Assembly: GCA_009780375.1 (NCBI GenBank)
Contig: WRAD01000001.1
Span: forward strand, 48,228 to 112,227
Length of the DNA: 64,000 nt
Direction of reading: 5' to 3'
Origin: Bacillota bacterium
GTDB taxonomy: Bacteria > Bacillota > Clostridia > Christensenellales > UBA1242
Part shown: in pieces, positions 53,459 through 59,993 of the stretch
How the letters are laid out: each line of letters opens with the position of its first letter
Numbering within the stretch: the stretch's first letter is position 1
Notes under the pieces: generated by a model
What the model was told of the DNA's origin: nothing
What the model saw: only the letters and a program-made list of their open reading frames with translations
Database searches by the model: none
Position numbers and translations under genes: made by a program

Positions 53459-55462
53459 ATGTACAATCTTGGCATCGTTCAAAAATTTAAAGAAAAATGG
53501 CATGTCTATACAATCATAGCGATTGTAACTGTCGTTATATTTTTGTTTTTAACAATGATGATAATCAACATGGTAAGCGGAAATCCTATCTTCAGTTTTG
53601 GTGCGGTAAGAAATCCTTACTTTATAACAATTGCACTTATAATACCGTTCGGGGTAATCGCTTTGTTGGTCGCAGGGTTTTTCTTCAGTGACGAAAAGAG
53701 TAAAACCGTCGAACAATTTTATTCTAACCGTTGGATGTCAAAGTCGGAACTTAACAAAGTTTATCTCTCAACTACACTAAGCCGACTTAAAATGCAACAA
53801 AAAACAGGAACCCTTGTAAGATTTGAAAAAGTAGGAACCGACATCCAGATTAATATGGTTCCACAAGATTATCATACGATTGTTCTTGGAACAACAGGTT
53901 CTGGTAAAACTCAAGGGTATGTGTTGCCATATGTTTATGTGCTTGGGCACTCTGCCCAAAAGCCAAATATGGTTATCACCGACCCAAAGGGCGAGATTTA
54001 TGCAAAAACCGCCGAAACCTTGCGACGAAATGGTTATGATGTCCAGGTTTTTAACCTAAGTGCACCGACACAATCTTCAAGATGGAATCCACTCGAGAGA
54101 GCATGGGATATGTTTCAACGTGCACACAGTTTGGAAAGAGAACTTAAAAAACATACATCCAAAGATCCGGCATCAATGGGGTTAAGAGTAATTGCAAGTA
54201 ACTATCCAAGTGAATGGTACGAATTTAACGGGGTTGCATTCCCAAGTTTTCAAATGGCAGACATGGAAAGGAAAACACTCAAGCAACGGCTTCTTTCCGA
54301 GTCTGAATCTGATATAAAAGATGTATGTGCGGTAATTTGCCCAATAGAAAACGAGCGTGACCCAAGTTGGGAAAATGGGGCAAGGGACCTTATCCAGGGT
54401 ACCGTTCTTGCAATGTTAGAAGACAGTCTCCGTCCAGAACTTGGCATGACAAAGCAAAAATTTAATTTTTATAACGTGTACAAAATCTTAACGATGCGAG
54501 ATAATGATCCAAACGCATCTTTCAAATCCATTGCAAACTACTTTATGGGGCGTTCCAGATTATCTCCGGCGGCAATGCTTGCACAAACGGTTATTGCCAA
54601 CAGTGAAAATACAAAGCGTAACTTCTTTGGTGTGTCTACAAATAAACTTTCCATGTTTGCCGATAAAGGTATTTGCTATATAACAAGCGGTACCGAAATA
54701 GAATTTAAAGGATTTGTTGAACGTCCAACCGCAATGTTCCTTGTTATTCCTGACCAAATTAAAATTCGTCATCCTCTTGCTGTGCTTTGTGTGGCTCAAC
54801 TTTACAAAACGCTTGTTGATCTTGCCAATCAACAGGGCGGAACCCTAAAATGGCCGACATACTTTATTCGTGACGAGTTCGGTAATATGCCAAAGATGAA
54901 TGACTTTGAAACAATAATCACCGTTGCCCGTTCTCGTAAAATCTTTATCACCCTTGTTTTGCAGGACTATAAACAACTTGAAACCGTTTATGGTGCGGAC
55001 AAAGCGGTTACTATTCGAAATAACTGTAATACACAAATTTTTATCGGTGTTAATGATATGGATACAAGAAAGATGTTCTCGGATCTTCTTGGTGAAATGA
55101 CTGTTGAGGCACATTCCACCTCGGAATCAAAAAACACAGGCAAGCAAATCAAGGATGATCCTCTAAGTGGTTCAAAATCTACATCTACAAATACGGTGTC
55201 CCGTCCTCTGTTACCACCCAACGAACTTCTTGATCTTCAGCCGGGGCAAATTTATGTTTATGCATTTGGCTTTCACCCTCTGAAATCTCATGTAACTCAC
55301 TTTTGGAAGGCTCAACAAGCAGGTCTCGTAAAGCTCTATCCTGAACCTGACACATGGTCTGCATCCAAATATTTTGATGAAGAGGCGGTTTATTATGATG
55401 TTCGCCGTCGTAACGACATAGTTATCAACAATGCTCGTCGCAATGATGTTTTTGATTGGTAA
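53459..55462 (+). CDS. Type IV secretion coupling protein (VirD4/TraG/TraD-family ATPase)
   Basis: Two N-terminal TM segments, Walker A VLGTTGSGKTQG, Walker B-like YFIRDEFGNMP, and the LVLQDYKQLETVYG and IFIGVNDMDTRKMFSDLLG motifs. Confidence 0.8.
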   Translation: MYNLGIVQKFKEKWHVYTIIAIVTVVIFLFLTMMIINMVSGNPIFSFGAVRNPYFITIALIIPFGVIALLVAGFFFSDEKSKTVEQFYSNRWMSKSELNKVYLSTTLSRLKMQQKTGTLVRFEKVGTDIQINMVPQDYHTIVLGTTGSGKTQGYVLPYVYVLGHSAQKPNMVITDPKGEIYAKTAETLRRNGYDVQVFNLSAPTQSSRWNPLERAWDMFQRAHSLERELKKHTSKDPASMGLRVIASNYPSEWYEFNGVAFPSFQMADMERKTLKQRLLSESESDIKDVCAVICPIENERDPSWENGARDLIQGTVLAMLEDSLRPELGMTKQKFNFYNVYKILTMRDNDPNASFKSIANYFMGRSRLSPAAMLAQTVIANSENTKRNFFGVSTNKLSMFADKGICYITSGTEIEFKGFVERPTAMFLVIPDQIKIRHPLAVLCVAQLYKTLVDLANQQGGTLKWPTYFIRDEFGNMPKMNDFETIITVARSRKIFITLVLQDYKQLETVYGADKAVTIRNNCNTQIFIGVNDMDTRKMFSDLLGEMTVEAHSTSESKNTGKQIKDDPLSGSKSTSTNTVSRPLLPPNELLDLQPGQIYVYAFGFHPLKSHVTHFWKAQQAGLVKLYPEPDTWSASKYFDEEAVYYDVRRRNDIVINNARRNDVFDW

Positions 55463-55502
55463 GGTGATCTTATCGGAACGTCAAGATTAAAAATGGGATT
55501 CA

Positions 55503-55531
55503 TTGACAAAAAGCATATTTTGACGCATAAT
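55503..55531 (+). promoter_or_regulatory. Promoter TTGACA-17-CATAAT, with the ATG 6 nt after the -10
   Basis: TTGACA at 55503-08 and CATAAT at 55526-31. The string CGCATAATAAAGATATGAA is identical to the one at 33792-33810. Confidence 0.6.
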
Positions 55532-55537
55532 AAAGAT

Positions 55538-56446
55538 ATGAAATCAATAAAAAAGGTTTTGCTTTTGATTCTGATCCTTGTACTAATTGCCCCTGTCGCA
55601 ATAATTGCAACAGGATGCTTTGGCGGTAATAACAACTCAATCAATCGCGAGCACATACAAAATATACAATGGAATCTTGCACGAGTCGAAAGTTCCTCAT
55701 CACATGACCCAACGGTTCATTCAATAGGAGCGGGAGATATTTTATTTGATAACCAATTTGCCGGTTTTTTGTTTTTGGGCGGAGCCGGTAATTTTATCGA
55801 AACACTTGGTATTTTAGGTGAATTTCATGGGCATTGGACATTGTCATCTACGCGATTGGTTCTTACTTATGATATAGGAGGATTTGTTGACAGATGGAAT
55901 ATAAGATTAAAGAACAATAACACTACGCTTGAAAAATCTCAAACACAGCTTGGTATAACTTCAACGTTTATTTACACCAAAAACGAAGTTCTGCCTAATG
56001 TTAATCCAATAAACCCGGCACAAATTGTCGATATTCAATGGAATCTACACTCGGTAAGTTATATAGATGAATCATCCAATGTAACAATTGTAGACGAATA
56101 TGAACACATGGAGTTTGGAAGTTACAATCATTTTACAGAAATGTATGCAGGCTATCTCATCTTGCACAATGACAACAGATTTATACAAACTCAAGGTCAA
56201 TTTGGCGCATTTGAGGGTGCTTGGACATTGTCGCAAGGAACGTTGGATTTAACCTTTGACCCAGAAATTATTGATAACTGTGAACTTTATCCAGAACATC
56301 AACATTATTGTTTCCCTCCAAGCCGTACTGAAACCTGGAGACTTGGCATATCTGAAGATGGACAAACTTTGGAAAAGGTGCGTGCGGAACTTTCATTTGA
56401 GGGTGGTATCGCTTTTGAAATTCGTATATTTACTCGTGAAAACTGA
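55538..56446 (+). CDS. Lipoprotein with two tandem homologous domains (possibly META/HslJ-like)
   Basis: Lipobox IIATGC. Two ~125-aa repeats each start I(Q/V)(N/D)IQWNL and end (H/A)WTLS...L.LT(Y/F)D. Confidence 0.65.
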   Translation: MKSIKKVLLLILILVLIAPVAIIATGCFGGNNNSINREHIQNIQWNLARVESSSSHDPTVHSIGAGDILFDNQFAGFLFLGGAGNFIETLGILGEFHGHWTLSSTRLVLTYDIGGFVDRWNIRLKNNNTTLEKSQTQLGITSTFIYTKNEVLPNVNPINPAQIVDIQWNLHSVSYIDESSNVTIVDEYEHMEFGSYNHFTEMYAGYLILHNDNRFIQTQGQFGAFEGAWTLSQGTLDLTFDPEIIDNCELYPEHQHYCFPPSRTETWRLGISEDGQTLEKVRAELSFEGGIAFEIRIFTREN

Positions 56447-56617
56447 ACCTCATTTATATATATGACCAAATTAATAGTCAGACACAAGTATTTTCATACT
56501 TGCTTTTCTTATGCACTTATGGTACACTTAATACCAATCTCTTCGAGGCTTGGTGGCTTTGTTCTCAGGTAAAATCACCCCTTGCTTTGATTAGATGGTA
56601 AAAAAAGGAGAAACATA

Positions 56618-57004
56618 ATGTCAGAAGAAACAACAATCACAGCAGAAATTGCAGAAGTAAAAACATCCGCAAAGAAAACCGCGACGAAGGTAACCCCTGC
56701 AAAATCAACAAAGAAAGAAGCCAAAGCGGAAGCAAAAGATGCACTCAGTCAATTAAGCATTGCCCAAATTGTCGCAGAATTTGGGAAAGCACCGACCGAT
56801 ACGGGAAGCCCAGAAGTACAAATCGCACTTCTTACCGCACGTATCAATCATCTAACCGAGCACCTTAAGATACATAAACAAGACAAGCACAGTCGTCGTG
56901 GACTTATGAAAATGGTTGGTCAACGTCGTGGTTTACTTGTGTATCTTGAAAATAAAGATATCGAGTCTTTCCGTACACTCAAAACAAAACTTGGTATAAG
57001 ATAA
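56618..57004 (+). CDS. rpsO: 30S ribosomal protein S15 with a ~41-aa Lys/Ala/Thr/Glu-rich N-terminal extension
   Basis: The core [50 protein letters not shown] is canonical S15. AAGGAG SD precedes the extended start. Confidence 0.9.
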   Translation: MSEETTITAEIAEVKTSAKKTATKVTPAKSTKKEAKAEAKDALSQLSIAQIVAEFGKAPTDTGSPEVQIALLTARINHLTEHLKIHKQDKHSRRGLMKMVGQRRGLLVYLENKDIESFRTLKTKLGIR

Positions 57005-57012
57005 TTTAAACG

Positions 57013-57037
57013 AAAGACGGTGCAAATCGTCTTTTTG
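57013..57037 (+). terminator. Intrinsic terminator 1 after rpsO
   Basis: AAGACGgtgcaaatCGTCTTTTTG. Confidence 0.7.
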
Positions 57038-57053
57038 TATGGCTCATGTCATA

Positions 57054-57092
57054 AAAATCCCCAAAATTCTATCATGGGGATTTTTATTTTTT
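57054..57092 (+). terminator. Intrinsic terminator 2 after rpsO
   Basis: AAAATCCCC-N13-GGGGATTTTTATTTTTT. Confidence 0.7.
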
Positions 57093-57211
57093 ATTCTAAT
57101 GCCACTGTGGGTTGCTAAATTAACAACTAATTATCTCATAACAGTCACTAAAAACCAATAATTATTATGAAATTATGTATGACGTAAACTCTTTCGTTTT
57201 TCGTTGGCATA

Positions 57212-57284
57212 TGGTATAATACCATACAAAAATGCCCCTCTCTGCGAGAGGGGCGGCCCGCGAAAGCGAGACGGGGAGGAAATA
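57212..57284 (+). promoter_or_regulatory. pnp promoter (TGgTATAAT) plus a GC-rich structured 5' leader
   Basis: TATAAT at 57215-20. Hairpin GCCCCTCTC-tgc-GAGAGGGGC at 57234-54. A C-GAAA-G tetraloop hairpin at 57259-68. SD GGAGG at 57275-79. Confidence 0.55.
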
Positions 57285-59360
57285 ATGACCGACAGTTATA
57301 AAAAATTCGACACAGTAATCGGCAATCGTAAAGTAAGTGTTGAAACAGGTGCACTTGCAGGTTTGTCCGCAGGTTCATGTATTGTAACCTGTGGCGAAAC
57401 GGTAGTCATGGCAAATGTAACCGTTGCAGACACACCACGTCCAGGAATTGATTTTTTTCCGCTTGGTGTAGATTTTGAAGAAAAGTTATACAGTGTCGGC
57501 AAAATCCCAGGTGGGTTTAAAAAACGTGAAGGTCGTCCAACAGATTCCGCTGTTCTTATATCTCGTCTTATTGATCGTCCAATGCGTCCACTTTTTCCAA
57601 AAGGGATGTTTAATGATGTGTCACTTGTCGTCACTACCTTGTCTATTGATCCTGAAATTTCACCTGTGCCATTTGCAATGCTTGCCGCATCTATTGCAAC
57701 TGTCATAAGTGATATCCCATGGAATGGTCCAACAGGAAGCGTAGTTATTGGAAGAGGTGAAGATGGATTTATCGTTAATCCAACCACAACTGAAGCGGAA
57801 AAATCAGATATCGAGGTAATTATAAGCGGTACCGAAGATGCAATTATGATGGTAGAGGCAAACGGTGCGGAAATATCCGAGGAAGATATGCTTGGGGCAA
57901 TTATGTTTGGTCACCAAGAAATAAAAAAACAATGTGAATTTCAAAAAACACTTATTAAAAAAGTGGGTAAAGAAAAACGCAACATTGAAATGTTTAAATT
58001 TGATGAAGATTTGGAACAACGGGTAGAGAGTTACGCAACAAGTTTTCTTGAAAAAGCAATGGGCGAAACCGATCTTGAAAAACGACGCAAAGCAGAGAAA
58101 AAAGTCGATGAAATGATAGCAGATCAATTTGCAGACACATATGAAGATGACAAAATTGCAATAGGAAAAATTGTTAATAATATTAAACAAGATATTATCC
58201 GTGAAAAAATCTTGCAAAAAGGACTTCGTCCAGATGGCAGAGGAACAAAAGATATCCGACCAATTTGGACCGCAACAGGAATACTTCCACGTGTTCACGG
58301 TTCATCTGTATTTACAAGAGGCAATACCCAAGTTCTTAACGTCTGCACTTTGGGCATGGTTTCTGATTGTCAAAAACTCGATGGTATTGATGACGAGGTT
58401 CAAAAACGCTATATGCATCATTACAATATGCCTCCTTATGCAACAGGAGAAGCCCGTCAAATGCGTGGCACGTCAAGGCGAGAAATTGGACACGGGGCAC
58501 TCGCCGAACGGGCTATTGAACCACTTCTTCCATCCGAAGAAGAATTTCCATACGCAATTAGAACGGTCAGCGAAGTTCTTTCAAGTAACGGCTCGTCATC
58601 TATGGCAAGTGTCTGTGCAAGCTCTATGTCTCTTATGAATGCAGGCGTGCCGCTCAAATCTGCGGTTGCAGGTATAGCAATGGGTCTTATAAAGGATTCC
58701 GAATCGGGTAAAACCGCAATTTTATCTGACATTCAAGGTGTTGAAGATTTTCTTGGAGACATGGATTTCAAGGTGGCAGGAACAGAAAAAGGAATCACGG
58801 CAATCCAAATGGACATAAAAATTGCAGGTATAGACGAAGCAATCCTTAAACAGGCACTTAAACAGGCACGTGAAGGAAGATTACATATTCTTAAAGCAAT
58901 GAATACAGAAATTGACAAGCCAGAACCTAAACTTTCAAAATACGCCCCAAAGATTACTATCATGACAATCAAACCAGAAAAAATCAAGGATGTCATAGGA
59001 AGCGGTGGTAAGATTATAAACAAAATCATTGAGGAAACAGGTGTTAAAATTGACATAAGCGATGATGGTAAGATATTTATTGGTTCGTCATCTGACCAAT
59101 CCAATGCACGTGCAAAAGAAATTATTGAAGGAATTGTATTTGAACCCGAAGTTGGTATGGAATTTACAGGTAAAGTTGTACGCACAATAGAAATTGGTGC
59201 ATTTGTTGAATTCAACGGAAAAGAAGGAATGGTGCATATATCAAAACTTGCACCTACAAGAGTGGAAAAGGTGCTTGATATTGTTAAACCTGGTGACAAT
59301 ATCCAAGTAAAAGTAATTAAAATCGATGATAAGGGCAGAATTGATCTTAAGAAGATTTAA
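57285..59360 (+). CDS. pnp: Polyribonucleotide nucleotidyltransferase (PNPase)
   Basis: Two RNase PH domains (FPLGVDFEEKLYSVGKIPGGFKKREGRP, GHGALAERA), then KH (GSGGKIINKIIEETG) and S1 (GAFVEF..GMVHISKL). Start at the ATG after GGAGG. Confidence 0.93.
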   Translation: MTDSYKKFDTVIGNRKVSVETGALAGLSAGSCIVTCGETVVMANVTVADTPRPGIDFFPLGVDFEEKLYSVGKIPGGFKKREGRPTDSAVLISRLIDRPMRPLFPKGMFNDVSLVVTTLSIDPEISPVPFAMLAASIATVISDIPWNGPTGSVVIGRGEDGFIVNPTTTEAEKSDIEVIISGTEDAIMMVEANGAEISEEDMLGAIMFGHQEIKKQCEFQKTLIKKVGKEKRNIEMFKFDEDLEQRVESYATSFLEKAMGETDLEKRRKAEKKVDEMIADQFADTYEDDKIAIGKIVNNIKQDIIREKILQKGLRPDGRGTKDIRPIWTATGILPRVHGSSVFTRGNTQVLNVCTLGMVSDCQKLDGIDDEVQKRYMHHYNMPPYATGEARQMRGTSRREIGHGALAERAIEPLLPSEEEFPYAIRTVSEVLSSNGSSSMASVCASSMSLMNAGVPLKSAVAGIAMGLIKDSESGKTAILSDIQGVEDFLGDMDFKVAGTEKGITAIQMDIKIAGIDEAILKQALKQAREGRLHILKAMNTEIDKPEPKLSKYAPKITIMTIKPEKIKDVIGSGGKIINKIIEETGVKIDISDDGKIFIGSSSDQSNARAKEIIEGIVFEPEVGMEFTGKVVRTIEIGAFVEFNGKEGMVHISKLAPTRVEKVLDIVKPGDNIQVKVIKIDDKGRIDLKKI

Positions 59361-59867
59361 TTATTTCATTTTATAATCAATCACTCTTTCTAAATGATTT
59401 GCTGTTTCATTAACAAGAATATAAGAAAGTGCAAATTTTTCGTATGCTTCTTGTCTTTTTGTCATATTTGGGTTTAAAGGCGGTTGTCTTTTAAGTGCAC
59501 GCGAGTAATCCACACTGCGAGGAACTTCGCCTATTTCTTTGTAGAGTGAATGCACAACCCAATTACGAAGTTGCCTCACATAATCAATTCTATCAAGTTC
59601 TGCAATAGTTAAAAAAATTCTTTTTCCACGTGCAATTTCATCCCTCATTCTTTCCACCAAATTCGACCAACCACGTTTGTCATCAATCTGCAGACTATCA
59701 ACTTCGGTTGCCAAAAATACAAGTTGTCCCTCAATTTGTTGTTGCCCTTTGATAATACTTTCAACCCACATTGTTTGCCAAAAATCAGATTTACTTCCTT
59801 CAAGTAATCCACGTGCACGTTCTTTATATTGTCTGATGATATCGTCCATAAGCAAAGTGTACCACAT
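59361..59867 (-). CDS. Hypothetical all-helical protein with a HEPN-like RNxxxH motif
   Basis: LRNWVVHSLY at residues 100-109 resembles the HEPN/DUF86 RNxxxH..Y motif. Start set at MWYTLL, because the track's N-terminal extension is translated from repeat C9. Confidence 0.45.
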   Translation of the reverse strand: MWYTLLMDDIIRQYKERARGLLEGSKSDFWQTMWVESIIKGQQQIEGQLVFLATEVDSLQIDDKRGWSNLVERMRDEIARGKRIFLTIAELDRIDYVRQLRNWVVHSLYKEIGEVPRSVDYSRALKRQPPLNPNMTKRQEAYEKFALSYILVNETANHLERVIDYKMK

Positions 59868-59875
59868 ATTTTCTG

Positions 59876-59946
59876 CTCTAGGAACTATCGCTTCAATCAT
59901 TTGCAGGATATCGGCTGAAACGCACCGTATGCGTGCCTTTGTTCTA
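59876..59946 (+). repeat. Dispersed repeat copy C9 (divergent middle)
   Basis: CTCTAGGAACTATCGCTTCAATCATTTGCAGGATATCGGCTGAAACGCACCGTATGCGTGCCTTTGTTCTA. Confidence 0.8.
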
Positions 59947-59993
59947 CGAAAACACGAATAGTGTGTTTGGTGATAATTGCACATAATTAAGTT

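Noticed and set aside
57296-59299. Long antisense ORFs inside pnp (57296..57787, 57804..58298, 58733..59299).
   Set aside because: They lie opposite a highly conserved CDS and their translations are low-complexity. This is a typical antisense open-frame artefact.
3375-59946. The possibility that the recurring repeat is a CRISPR repeat.
   Set aside because: Copies are dispersed singly, kilobases apart, and are not arrayed with regular spacers. No cas genes are seen.
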